Assembly (NCBI GenBank): GCA_963708135.1 | Contig: OY970192.1 | Location: 2,272,001-2,336,000 of the forward strand | DNA: 64,000 bases | From: an uncultured Gemmatimonadales bacterium | GTDB lineage: Bacteria > Gemmatimonadota > Gemmatimonadetes > Longimicrobiales > RSA9 | Direction: 5' to 3' | Part shown: in pieces, positions 46,319 through 56,520 of the stretch | Layout: each line of letters opens with the position of its first letter | How positions within the stretch are numbered: position 1 is the first letter of the stretch | Translations under genes and position numbers: made by a program | Notes under the pieces: model-generated | What the model was told of the DNA's origin: nothing | The model's database searches: none | Seen by the model: the letters and a program-made list of their open reading frames with translations, nothing else

Positions 46319-47632
46319 CTACTCGTAATAGTCGAGACCGAGGTGCGTGATCTCCTTCTCGCCCATCAGGTGCCGCAGCGTGTTCTTCAGCTTCATCTGC
46401 TGGATGAAGAGGTCGTGCTCCGGATAGAGCTCGGGCGCGGTCATCGGGCTCTTGAAGTAGAAGGAGAGCCACTCCTGGATGCCGCTCATCCCGGCCCGCT
46501 GCGCCAGGTCCAGGAAAAGCGCCAGGTCGAGCACGATCGGCGCCGCGAGGATCGAGTCGCGGCAGAGGAAGTCGACCTTGATCTGCATCGGATAGCCGAG
46601 CCAGCCGAAGATGTCGAGGTTGTCCCACCCCTCCTTGTTGTCCCCGCGCGGCGGATAGTAGTTGATCCGCACCTTGTGGTAGACGTTGCCGTAGAGGTCG
46701 GGATAGACCTCGGGCTGGAGGATATGCTCGAGTACGCTGAGCTTCGACTCCTCCTTCGTCTTGAAGGAGGCCGGGTCGTCCAGCACCTCGCCGTCCCGAT
46801 TGCCCAGGATGTTCGTGCTGAACCAGCCGCTCAGCCCGATCATGCGCGCCTTGAGCCCCGGCGCCAGGATCGTCTTCATCAGCGTCTGGCCCGTCTTGAA
46901 GTCCTTGCCGCCGATCGGCACCCGCTTCGCGCGCGCCAGCTCCCAGATCGCCGGGAAGTCCACCGTCAGCCCGGGCGCTCCGTTGGCGAAGGGCACGCCC
47001 TCCTGCAGCGCGGCCCAGGCGTAGAGCATCGAGGGTGCGATCTGGTCGTCGCTCGACTCCATGGCGGCCTCGAACGCCGCCAGCGACTGGTGCACCTCCG
47101 AGCGCTCGAGGAAGATTTCCGTCGAGCCGCACCAGACCATGACCAGCCGGTCACAGCCGTGCTCCTCCCGGAAGCGCCGGATGTCGGCGCGCAGCTGCTC
47201 GGCCAGGTCCCGCTTGTTCCTGCCCGCCTTGACGTTCTCGCCGTGCAGCTTCTTCACGTACTGCGTGCTGAAGACCGCCGGCATCGGCTTGATCGCCTCG
47301 AGGAAGTCCCGGATCGGATCGAGGTGCTTCGACTCCAGCACGCCGGCCTTGACCGCGCTCGCGTAGGCGTCATCCGGAATCGGGTCCCACGCGCCGAACA
47401 CCAGCTGGTCCAGCCCGGCCAGCGGCACGAAGTCGCGGATCAGCGGGTTACGGTCCTCCGTCCGCTTGCCCAGCCGGATGTGGCCGATCTGCGTCAGCGA
47501 GCCGATCGGCTGCGCGAGGCCCCGGCGCACCGCCTCCACCCCCGCAATGAACGTGGTGGCGACGGCGCCCAGTCCGACCAGCAGCACTCCGAGCCGGCCG
47601 TCGGCCGGCGGCATCTCATTGCTGCGACTCAT
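46319..47632 (-). CDS. ino1: myo-Inositol-1(3)-phosphate synthase
   Basis: GLGAVATT, W..STE, YA.AA...G..F.N..P, GKDFKTGQT, NILGN.DG, K..SK, I.YYPP.GDNK..WD, DS.LAAP...DL, FK.P. Confidence 0.92.
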   Translation of the reverse strand: MSRSNEMPPADGRLGVLLVGLGAVATTFIAGVEAVRRGLAQPIGSLTQIGHIRLGKRTEDRNPLIRDFVPLAGLDQLVFGAWDPIPDDAYASAVKAGVLESKHLDPIRDFLEAIKPMPAVFSTQYVKKLHGENVKAGRNKRDLAEQLRADIRRFREEHGCDRLVMVWCGSTEIFLERSEVHQSLAAFEAAMESSDDQIAPSMLYAWAALQEGVPFANGAPGLTVDFPAIWELARAKRVPIGGKDFKTGQTLMKTILAPGLKARMIGLSGWFSTNILGNRDGEVLDDPASFKTKEESKLSVLEHILQPEVYPDLYGNVYHKVRINYYPPRGDNKEGWDNLDIFGWLGYPMQIKVDFLCRDSILAAPIVLDLALFLDLAQRAGMSGIQEWLSFYFKSPMTAPELYPEHDLFIQQMKLKNTLRHLMGEKEITHLGLDYYE

Positions 47633-48302
47633 GGTTCTCCTCGTTCACAGCAGGCGCCGCGGGAGCGAGCTCGTCGAGCGGCACGCCGCGCGCGTGCTGA
47701 TAGACCCAGATCATCCGTTGGAAGGCCGTGACGTTGGTCAGGACGGCCAGGACGAAGATCACGCCCTTGAGCACCAGCCCCCGCCAGTCCTCGCCGAACA
47801 TGAGCGAGGCCAGCCCGATCAGCACCACGCGCTCCGCCCTCGGCATGAGGCCGACCCTGCAGTCCAGCCCCAGCGCCTCGGCGCGGGCACGAGTATAGCT
47901 GATCATCAGCGACCCCGCCATTGCGAGCATGATCAGGTAGATCATGCCCACGTCCCCGAGTTGGAGGCGGTAGTCGTTGTACAGCGAGAGCATTCCGAAG
48001 TAGACCGCGATCTCGCTGATCCGGTCGAGCGTCGAGTCGTAGAACGCGCCGAACTTGCTGCCCAGCCGCGTCAGGCGCGCCACCCGCCCGTCCAGGATGT
48101 CGAACAGCCCGCCCAGCAGGATGAGGAACCCCGCCGTGCGCACGTGATGCTCGTGGAACAGTAGCGCGGCGGTGCTCGTGGCGAGGAACCCGAGCGTGGT
48201 CAGCAGGTTCGGGTGTACCCGTCGCAGCACCAGCCAGTCCGTGAGCGGACGCAGCGTGCCGTAGGCCCAGCTGCGGAGCGATTCGAGCCGCGGAAGTGCC
48301 AA
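47616..48302 (-). CDS. CDP-alcohol phosphatidyltransferase (PIP-synthase/PgsA1-like)
   Basis: PN.LT, signature DILDGRVAR...GAFYDSTLDR, SY.RARAE.LG, G...R.ER. Confidence 0.9.
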   Translation of the reverse strand: MALPRLESLRSWAYGTLRPLTDWLVLRRVHPNLLTTLGFLATSTAALLFHEHHVRTAGFLILLGGLFDILDGRVARLTRLGSKFGAFYDSTLDRISEIAVYFGMLSLYNDYRLQLGDVGMIYLIMLAMAGSLMISYTRARAEALGLDCRVGLMPRAERVVLIGLASLMFGEDWRGLVLKGVIFVLAVLTNVTAFQRMIWVYQHARGVPLDELAPAAPAVNEENHESQQ

Positions 48303-48310
48303 GTATGGCC

Positions 48311-48679
48311 TCAGGACGGAAGGATGATCCTGGAGCGGGACCCGGATTCCATGCCCTTGCTGATCTCCTCGTTCACGCGCTTCAGGATCTTGTCGAAGTT
48401 CGCCTGCCCGGCCACGAGCGACTGGTAGAGCGCGCTGCCCTGCAGCTCGGAGAACGACGCCTCGTAGCGCTCGCCCACGTCGGCCGGCGGCTCCTGGCCC
48501 TGCTGCAGCGCCTGCGCGACCTGCGACTCCAGGTCCGCGAGCGAGTTCAGGAGCGTCGTCAGCTCCCGATCGGCCGAGATCGCCTCGCGCGCGCGCTGCA
48601 GCGCCTTGAACTCGTCCGTCTGGCCGAGCACCCGCCCCAGCTCCTGCGCCCGCTCGTAGATGCCTTCATGCATGGTCAC
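48311..48679 (-). CDS. YlbF/YmcA (Com_YlbF) family protein
   Basis: I...A.ELG..L..T.E......A...I..D pattern, helical Gln-rich centre, VN..I..G; 122 aa. Confidence 0.7.
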   Translation of the reverse strand: MTMHEGIYERAQELGRVLGQTDEFKALQRAREAISADRELTTLLNSLADLESQVAQALQQGQEPPADVGERYEASFSELQGSALYQSLVAGQANFDKILKRVNEEISKGMESGSRSRIILPS

Positions 48680-49634
48680 TCTTTCCTTTCACCTGTGCAA
48701 GAGAGCCGACGGACGCCAGCAACACGCGCGGCCGACCCGTGAGGTCCGGCGCCACCCTGACGGTCTCGTACAGCCCGGTCGCCCGGACCCGGCCCACCAC
48801 CGCCTCCGCCTGCCCCGCCCCGATCTCCAGCGCCAGCAGCCCCGGCCGCGCGAGGTGCGCCGGCGCGCCCGCGATCAGCCGCTCCAGCACCCCGAGCCCC
48901 CCGCCCGGCGCGAACAGCGCCGCCGCGGGCTCCCAGTCCACGACCTCCGGCTGGAGCCCACCCCGCTCCGACTCCGCCACGTAGGGCGGGTTCGAGACGA
49001 TCACCTCGAAGGCCTCGCCGGGCAGGAGCGGCTCGAACAACGCCCCGGCCCGCAACTCCAGCCGCTCCCGCAGCCCGGAGCGGACCGCGTTCTCGTCCGC
49101 GAGTCCCAGCGCCTCGCCCGAGATGTCGGTCGCCACCAGCCGCCGGAACGGCCCCTCCCGGAGCAGCGACAGCGCGATCGCCCCCGTCCCCGTCCCGATG
49201 TCCACGGCAGCCGGGCGCACCTGGCGGATCCGCGGGTCACTCTCTTCCAACCTACCCTGCCCCTCCGCCGTGAGCGCATGCGCGTCCGCATGCGCTTGCG
49301 CCCATTTCAGCACCTCCCCCACCACCACCTCGGTCTCCGGCCGCGGGATGAGCGCGCGCCGGTCCACGGCGAGCTCCAGCTCGCGGAACTGCACCGTGCC
49401 CAGCACGTACTGCAGCGGCTCGCGCCGCAGCCGGCGCCGGACCAGCGCACGGAAGCGGCCCAGCTCGTCTGCGTCCACGGGCCGGTCGTGGGCCAGGTAG
49501 AGGTCGAGGCGCCGCACGCCGAGCACGTGCGCGAGCAGCAGCTCCGCGTCCAGCCGCGCGCTCGCGATCCCGCTCTCCGCGAGCACGTCCGCCGCCTTCC
49601 GGGCGAGCGTCAGCGCCGTCTCGCGCACCCCCAC
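48666..49634 (-). CDS. prmC: Release factor glutamine methyltransferase
   Basis: [48 protein letters not shown]. Confidence 0.95.
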   Translation of the reverse strand: MGVRETALTLARKAADVLAESGIASARLDAELLLAHVLGVRRLDLYLAHDRPVDADELGRFRALVRRRLRREPLQYVLGTVQFRELELAVDRRALIPRPETEVVVGEVLKWAQAHADAHALTAEGQGRLEESDPRIRQVRPAAVDIGTGTGAIALSLLREGPFRRLVATDISGEALGLADENAVRSGLRERLELRAGALFEPLLPGEAFEVIVSNPPYVAESERGGLQPEVVDWEPAAALFAPGGGLGVLERLIAGAPAHLARPGLLALEIGAGQAEAVVGRVRATGLYETVRVAPDLTGRPRVLLASVGSLAQVKGKSDHA

Positions 49635-49635
49635 C

Positions 49636-50715
<1,080 letters not shown>

Positions 50716-50752
50716 GACGCCAAGAAGGCCGGGAGCTTGCCCCGGCCCTCCC

Positions 50753-50989
50753 TCACTCCGTCGTCTCGCCGGCGGGCGCGGCCTGCTTGGCCGCTTCGCC
50801 CCACTTCTGCTTGAAGCGCTCGACCCGCCCGGCCGTGTCCATCAGCCGCTGCTTGCCCGTGTAGAACGGGTGGCACACCGAGCAGATCTCCACGTGAATG
50901 TCGCTCACCGTGCTGCGCGTCTCGAAGCTGTTCCCGCACGCGCAGTGCACCGTGGCCGTCTGGTACTCCGGATGAATTCCCGCTTTCAT
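50753..50989 (-). CDS. rpmE: 50S ribosomal protein L31, zinc-binding type
   Basis: [31 protein letters not shown]. Confidence 0.98.
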   Translation of the reverse strand: MKAGIHPEYQTATVHCACGNSFETRSTVSDIHVEICSVCHPFYTGKQRLMDTAGRVERFKQKWGEAAKQAAPAGETTE

Positions 50990-51045
50990 CGCCGCTACCG
51001 CCTCGTCTCAAAAGGAACGGGCCCCGGAGGGCCCAAAACCATGAA

Positions 51046-51074
51046 AATATAGCGGGATCCACCGCTGCGATCAA
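51046..51074 (-). promoter_or_regulatory. Sigma70-type promoter of rpmE-prfA-prmC operon
   Basis: TTGATC (51074-51069)-N17-TATATT (51051-51046). Confidence 0.78.
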
Positions 51075-51267
51075 GCCGCTGGAACCTCGCCCGCACCACT
51101 GCGGCGGGGCCGCCCGGTGAACCGTATCTGAAGTTCGGTGAGCACCGAGCCGGCGCGAAGCGCAAGGCGCGAGGAGGAAGGAATAGCGGCGCTATTTCGA
51201 CGACGAGCAACGCGACGGGTCGCGTCCGATCCGCCGGCGAATGCCATCGCTACCCGGATACGGTGCA

Positions 51268-51849
51268 CTAGAACCAGAAGATGGCGGTGACCGGCACGAG
51301 GTCGGGCGCGTTCCTGATCTTCTCGAAGCGCGCGTCCAGCGAGACGCGGACCTTGGCCACGTGCAGCATCGCGCCCGCCCCCAGGTCGAAGCCGAAGTTG
51401 GTCTTCGCCGGCGGGTTGATCGCTCCGTCGCTCACCATCTGGTAGCTATAGAGACCGCCGCCGCCCATCACGTAGGGGATGAGCGGGAACCCGGGCAGGA
51501 GCGGGATCTGCAGGATCGCGTTCGCCTCACCGCCCGTGAGCCGGTCGTGGCCGGAGGTGGCCTGGGTGCAGCCGGGCGTCACGCACGGCGGGATGGCGGC
51601 GCTCTTCAGCGGCAGCCGCATGTAGAAGCCCTCGGCCCGGACCGCGATCGGCGAGAGCGGCACGTTGAACTGGAGCGCCGCCTGCACGCGGTAGCCGGGA
51701 TCGAGCTCGTTCGTGCTTCCGCTGGGCGTCACCACGCCGGCGCCGATGCCGAGGTGCGCCGGGACGGTCCCCTGCGCGTGTGCGATCCCGGGCAGCGCGG
51801 CGCCGAGGGTCAGCGCGAGGGCGAAGGCGATCGAGTTGCTGACTGCCAT
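51268..51849 (-). CDS. Small outer-membrane beta-barrel protein
   Basis: AGGAG SD, ATG 51849, signal peptide ending AHA-Q, amphipathic strands (PY..GG.G.Y, G...GAG), aromatic C-terminus AIFWF. Confidence 0.78.
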   Translation of the reverse strand: MAVSNSIAFALALTLGAALPGIAHAQGTVPAHLGIGAGVVTPSGSTNELDPGYRVQAALQFNVPLSPIAVRAEGFYMRLPLKSAAIPPCVTPGCTQATSGHDRLTGGEANAILQIPLLPGFPLIPYVMGGGGLYSYQMVSDGAINPPAKTNFGFDLGAGAMLHVAKVRVSLDARFEKIRNAPDLVPVTAIFWF

Positions 51850-53531
51850 GAACGCTCCTGGATGGGGGCGGGCCGGGGCTGCCGTTCGGAGGCGTCCGAC
51901 CGCCCGGGCCGGCGCCGCGCCCGGAAGATGGACGGGCTCCCGGAGGGGCGCAAGCGACGCCGCCCCGGCGGCTTTCCCGCCCCCTCGGGCCACTCCGCCG
52001 CCGCGAGCAGCAGGACGGCGAGGATAGCCGCTCCGCTGCCCGTGAGGTCCCCCCAACGCACGAACGGGGTCGCGCCAGGGGTGGTCCAGACGGTATCGAC
52101 CGCCACGGCCTCGCGGAACAGTCGCGTCCGGTCGTGTACCCGCCCGAGCGGATCGACGAAGAGGGAGAAACCGGTGTTGGCCGCCCGCGCGATGCCGCTC
52201 CGCGTCTCGATCGCGCGCAGCACGAGGTGGGCGGGGTGCTGCCAGAACGCGCTGGTGCGCGCCTCCCGGGCCGGGCCGGTGGACCAGTCGTCGTTGGTGA
52301 TGTTCACCAGGAACAGGGCGCCGGCCCGGCGCTCGGCGCGGGCGCGGTCGGCGAACGCGGACTCGAAGCAGATGAGGACGCCGAACCGGCTCCCGCCCGC
52401 GCGATAGCCGGGGTCGCCGCTCCCGGGCACGAGGCCGCCCGCTCCTCCCGTGAACGGAACGCGCTCCACGAACGGGACCAGGCGGTGTTTTGCGTACGTG
52501 CGGGGGAGCACCCCGCCTGGCGCGACGAGGAATGCGGCGTTGGTGCGGCCTCCACCGGCCGCGCGGCCGTAGCCGCCGACGAGGATTCGCGCACCCACCT
52601 GCGCGGCCAGCGCGCGCAGCCGGTCACGGATCCCGTGTGCGGCCGGATCCTCCAGGGCGGCGGGCAGCGCCGTCTCGGGCCAGACCACGAGATCAGCCGT
52701 CCCGCGTGGGAGCGCGGCGGTGAGGCGGGAGAGCGCCGAGAGGGAGACCGGCACGGCACGGCCGGGATCCGCCTTCACCGCGGCCGGCACGTTCGGCTGC
52801 ACGACGGCGACCCGCGCCGCGGGGACGAGGCGGAGCGTCGCCTCCCGCCACGCGCCGTACGCCGCGAGCGCGGCCACGAGCGCGAGCCCGCCGAGCGCCG
52901 GGCGGAGCGCCGCCGCCCACCGCCCTCGCCGGGCGGCGATGATGGCGCTCGCGCCGCAGCCGTTCACCAGCACGAGCGCCACCGCCAAACCCCGCGCCCC
53001 GACCAGATCGGCGGCCGCGGCCAGGCGCGGAGCCTGGGCCAGCGCGGTGCCCAGGCCGAGCCAGGGAAACGATAGAGGGCCGAGATGGGCCTGCGCCCAC
53101 TCGAGCGCGGTCCACAGGATCGCCGCGGCGAGCGGCAGCGGAACGGCGGGCCGTGACGCGCGCAGCGCGTGCAGCCCCGCGGCGAAGGCGGCCGTGAAGC
53201 CGGCGAGCACGAGCACGACGGCGAGGAATCCGGGTACGGCCAGGGCGCTCGTGGCGAGCAGCGCGGGAAGGAGCCAGTAGAGCAGAGCGGCGTAGCAGGC
53301 CGTCCCGAGCAGCCAGCCCGCGCCCGTGGCGGCGCGCCGTCCGGCGGGGCCGGGCGGCAGCGCCTCGACGGCCGTGAGGAACGGCACCAGCGCCACGAAC
53401 GGCGCGAGGATCAGATGGAACGGCGGGAACGAGAGGACCAGCAGGGAGGCGGAGAGAAGCGGCGCGGCACGCACGCCGGCGGGCGGCAGCGCCCCGGCCA
53501 CGGCCAGCCACCCGGGGCGGCCGTGGGTCAC
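51810..53531 (-). CDS. lnt: Apolipoprotein N-acyltransferase
   Basis: GTG 53531 overlaps upstream stop. FPW..LG, VQPN; catalytic triad WPETA (E), K..LVPF.E (K), ICFES (C); TND.W, R.IE, R.ANTG.S. Confidence 0.92.
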   Translation of the reverse strand: MTHGRPGWLAVAGALPPAGVRAAPLLSASLLVLSFPPFHLILAPFVALVPFLTAVEALPPGPAGRRAATGAGWLLGTACYAALLYWLLPALLATSALAVPGFLAVVLVLAGFTAAFAAGLHALRASRPAVPLPLAAAILWTALEWAQAHLGPLSFPWLGLGTALAQAPRLAAAADLVGARGLAVALVLVNGCGASAIIAARRGRWAAALRPALGGLALVAALAAYGAWREATLRLVPAARVAVVQPNVPAAVKADPGRAVPVSLSALSRLTAALPRGTADLVVWPETALPAALEDPAAHGIRDRLRALAAQVGARILVGGYGRAAGGGRTNAAFLVAPGGVLPRTYAKHRLVPFVERVPFTGGAGGLVPGSGDPGYRAGGSRFGVLICFESAFADRARAERRAGALFLVNITNDDWSTGPAREARTSAFWQHPAHLVLRAIETRSGIARAANTGFSLFVDPLGRVHDRTRLFREAVAVDTVWTTPGATPFVRWGDLTGSGAAILAVLLLAAAEWPEGAGKPPGRRRLRPSGSPSIFRARRRPGRSDASERQPRPAPIQERSWQSATRSPSPSR

Positions 53532-54541
53532 GCCTGCACTTCCCGGCCTTCCCGCGCGGATTCGTAAGCAAGCCCGATCAGGTGCATGAGCCTGACCTGG
53601 TCCTCGGGCAGCGGCGCGCGCTTCTCCCCCCTGGCGACGTCCACCAGCTCCTGCAGCTGCGCCCGGTAGGACGCAGTGTAGGCATTGCCCTGCCCGATCG
53701 GCAGCTGCGGGGTCACGTCGACGAGGCCCTGCTCGAGCTCCTTGAAAACCGCCAGCGGCGAGAGTGCAGCCGAGCCATGCGTGCCGAAGAGCTGGAGGTA
53801 GTGCCGGTCGCGCTGACCGAGCAGGCTCCAGGTCACTTCCACCGAGACGGCGGGGCCGTCCTTCAGCGTGAACAGCACCGCCGCGGAGTCCTCCACCTCC
53901 ATGCCCTCGCCCGGGTGCAGGTGCGCCACCACGCGGTCCACCGCGGGGTAGTCGAGCACCCACAGGCAGAGGTCGAGGATCTGGACGCCGAGGTCCATGA
54001 GGGCGCCGCCGCCTGAGGTGGCCAGCCGGTGCCGCCAGGTGGGGCGGACGAGTCGCACCTTCCGGTTCAGCCAGCCCGCCTTCACGAAAAACAGCTCCCC
54101 CAGCTCGCCGCCCTGCGCGAACGGCTTGAGCGCCAGGGCGTCGGGCCGGTGCCGGTTGTTCATCGCGACCATCACACTGCGCCCGCTGCGCTGCGCGGCA
54201 TCGAGCACGCGGCGCGCCCCCTCCGGGGTCAGCGCCAGCGGCTTCTCGACGAGCACGTGCTTGCCACCTTCCAGGGCCGCGATCGACTGGGACTCGTGCA
54301 GGTGGCTCGGCGTGCAGATCAGGACGGCGTCGAGCTCGGGGTCCTCGAAGACCGTCTCGTCGCGCCGCAGTGCGTTCGGCACCCCGAAGCGGGCGGCGAG
54401 GGAGGCGGCCTTCGGCTGGTCCACGTCGCATACGGTCCGCACCTCGACCCCGCGCATCTGCGAGAGCACCGGCAGGTGGATGACCTGCGCGATCGCGCCG
54501 GTCCCCAGCAGCCCGAGCCGGACCGTGCCCTGCTCGCTCAC
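53528..54541 (-). CDS. Gfo/Idh/MocA family NAD(P)-dependent oxidoreductase
   Basis: G.G.IA...H, D.V.I.TP...H, GKHVL.EKP, GGG...DLG. Confidence 0.9.
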   Translation of the reverse strand: MSEQGTVRLGLLGTGAIAQVIHLPVLSQMRGVEVRTVCDVDQPKAASLAARFGVPNALRRDETVFEDPELDAVLICTPSHLHESQSIAALEGGKHVLVEKPLALTPEGARRVLDAAQRSGRSVMVAMNNRHRPDALALKPFAQGGELGELFFVKAGWLNRKVRLVRPTWRHRLATSGGGALMDLGVQILDLCLWVLDYPAVDRVVAHLHPGEGMEVEDSAAVLFTLKDGPAVSVEVTWSLLGQRDRHYLQLFGTHGSAALSPLAVFKELEQGLVDVTPQLPIGQGNAYTASYRAQLQELVDVARGEKRAPLPEDQVRLMHLIGLAYESAREGREVQA

Positions 54542-55221
54542 CGGGCCCCCTGCCGCGTCTCGGAGCCCAGGCCGGGCAGCATGATCGCGGCGCCCAGCCG
54601 CACGCCCGGATACTGCACGTCCGTCAGCACGGTGTAGCGGAGCTCACCATAGAAGCGGAGCCGATCGTTGACCGGGTACTCGAGGCCGCCCCCCGCGCTG
54701 ATCCCGGCCGTCACGGTATCCAGCAGGTCCTCGATGAACGTGTCGCTGATCGCCTGCCCCTGTCCGTTCAGCGCGTGGACGCCGAGGCCGAGGTCGACGT
54801 AGGTCAGCAGGCGCGCCGGCGTGGTCCAGACGTACTGCCCGTCCAGCGCGAGCGAGACGTCGCTCAGCCGGATCGGGCCCAGGTCCTGCGGCGTGACGCG
54901 TGCGCCCTGCCGCTGGAGCGCCGGCAGGGCGTTCAGCCGGTCCGCCAGGCGGCCGAGCTCACTCTGCCGCATGTCCGAGCGCCAGTACGACATGGAGGGG
55001 ATGATGCGGACACCGGGGCCGAGGTAGCCGAGGTCCACCCGCACGGTGTACTCGGACGTGGCCTCCACCTTTGTCGGCCAGAGATAGCCCAAGGAGAGGC
55101 CGACGCCGCGGAACACGAGGTCCGTGTAGTCGTAGTCGGCCAGCCCCTGCGCGCGGGCGCCGCCGGGCGCCAGTGCGAGCGGCAGCAATGCGAGCAGCAG
55201 CGTGACACGTCGCTTCATCAC
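54538..55221 (-). CDS. Hypothetical exported protein, probable outer-membrane beta-barrel
   Basis: Signal peptide ending ARA-Q; alternating hydrophobic strands (VRVDLGYL, Y...GLGVH, GGGLEY, FYGELRY). Confidence 0.65.
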   Translation of the reverse strand: MMKRRVTLLLALLPLALAPGGARAQGLADYDYTDLVFRGVGLSLGYLWPTKVEATSEYTVRVDLGYLGPGVRIIPSMSYWRSDMRQSELGRLADRLNALPALQRQGARVTPQDLGPIRLSDVSLALDGQYVWTTPARLLTYVDLGLGVHALNGQGQAISDTFIEDLLDTVTAGISAGGGLEYPVNDRLRFYGELRYTVLTDVQYPGVRLGAAIMLPGLGSETRQGAR

Positions 55222-55254
55222 GGTCCTCGTCCTCCTCTTCCCGGCGTTGCCTCG

Positions 55255-56520
55255 TCAGTAGAACCGCTCCACCCGCGTGTCCCGGTAATAGGCGCCCAGG
55301 ATCGTGCGGTAGCTCTGGCCCGCGCGAGCGCGGCCGATCGCGCCCCACTGGCACATCCCTATCCCGTGGCCCCACCCGCCACCCCCCACCTCGAGCGCCG
55401 TGACGGTGTCCCCCCGGACGTCCGCGTTCACCGAAAACAGCATGCTGCTGTTCAGGAGGCCCTTCCCGCCCGCGGGGCGCAGCACCCACCGCACCGAGTC
55501 GCCGCGCACGGCGGCCGTGGTCCCCCCCACGCGCAGCCGAAGCAGGGCGACGCGGTCCGATCCGTTCACCCCGTCGAGCGCCACCTCCCCCACCGGGCCG
55601 GCCGCCGGCCCGCTGCCGCCGGTGTAGTCCGGCAGGGTCTTCCCCAGGACGCCGCGCAGCTCCTCGCCCGTCCAGCGCTCCGTCCAGCGGAACCGGTTCG
55701 AGATGTCGCAGTAGGAGCGGTCGGTGCCGGGGATGCGGTCCGACTCGGACTTCAGGTACGGCAGCGGCGCACGCCAGGGCCACGCGTCCTCGATGGCCGC
55801 CGTCCGTCCGCCGCAGGTCGAGCTGTAGTAGGCCAGGATCGGCTGGTCCTGGTAGGTGACGATCTCGCCCCGCGTCTCCGCCACGGCCCGATTCGCCACA
55901 CTGTCCTCGCGCGCCGCCCCGCCGTAGACCTGGTCCTGCGTCCCCGCGTAGAAGTCGAAGCCGCGCGCGGCGCTCTTGCCCAGGTTGCCGATGGCGTACG
56001 TCCGCGCCGCCACGGCCTGCGCCTTCACCGCCTCCACCTCGGCCGCCGGGCGGACCCCGATCTCCATCGGCACCACGCCGCGGAGGTAGCGCTCCAGGTC
56101 GAGCACGTTGACCGCCGTCACGCCGCCGCCTGGCACTCCGCGCACCAGCGCCGTCCCGTGATAGGGGCGTCCGGCGAGGAGCACATCGCCGTTCCCCGCG
56201 GGAACGACCGCCAGCGGGCCGGCGAGCGGGCCGACGGCAGCCGCGCCCGGCCCGCTCAGCGTGAGGGCGCCGTCCGCACCTGCCGCTGCCGAGACCGAGC
56301 TCCCCGCCGCGCCGCGGTAGACCGTCCGGCCGGTGGCATCCCGGATTTCGAAGGCGCCCGTCGCGCCGAGCGAGACGTGCGCGGAATCGACGAGGACCCC
56401 GATCCGGACCATTGGCTCGGTCCCACGGGCGCGTTCGCGTCCGGCCGGCGGGCCGGCAGGCCGGCACGCGGCGAGCAGGCCCGCCAGGGCCACGAGCCGG
56501 TGCGCCCCCGCCCGCCTCAC
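55255..56520 (-). CDS. SpoIID/LytB-domain lytic transglycosylase-like lipoprotein
   Basis: GTG 56520 overlaps hemL stop; lipobox LAAC; N....[40 protein letters not shown]. Confidence 0.9.
   Translation of the reverse strand: MRRAGAHRLVALAGLLAACRPAGPPAGRERARGTEPMVRIGVLVDSAHVSLGATGAFEIRDATGRTVYRGAAGSSVSAAAGADGALTLSGPGAAAVGPLAGPLAVVPAGNGDVLLAGRPYHGTALVRGVPGGGVTAVNVLDLERYLRGVVPMEIGVRPAAEVEAVKAQAVAARTYAIGNLGKSAARGFDFYAGTQDQVYGGAAREDSVANRAVAETRGEIVTYQDQPILAYYSSTCGGRTAAIEDAWPWRAPLPYLKSESDRIPGTDRSYCDISNRFRWTERWTGEELRGVLGKTLPDYTGGSGPAAGPVGEVALDGVNGSDRVALLRLRVGGTTAAVRGDSVRWVLRPAGGKGLLNSSMLFSVNADVRGDTVTALEVGGGGWGHGIGMCQWGAIGRARAGQSYRTILGAYYRDTRVERFY

Noticed and set aside
51182..51196. Palindrome AATAGCG-G-CGCTATT upstream of rpmE, considered as a Zur-type box
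   Set aside because: Over 100 nt from the promoter, unlike Zur boxes I know, and this L31 is the zinc-binding type; left unassigned.
55255..56520. SpoIID and SpoIIE domains as evidence of sporulation
   Set aside because: Both domains are common in non-sporulating bacteria; no sporulation genes seen.
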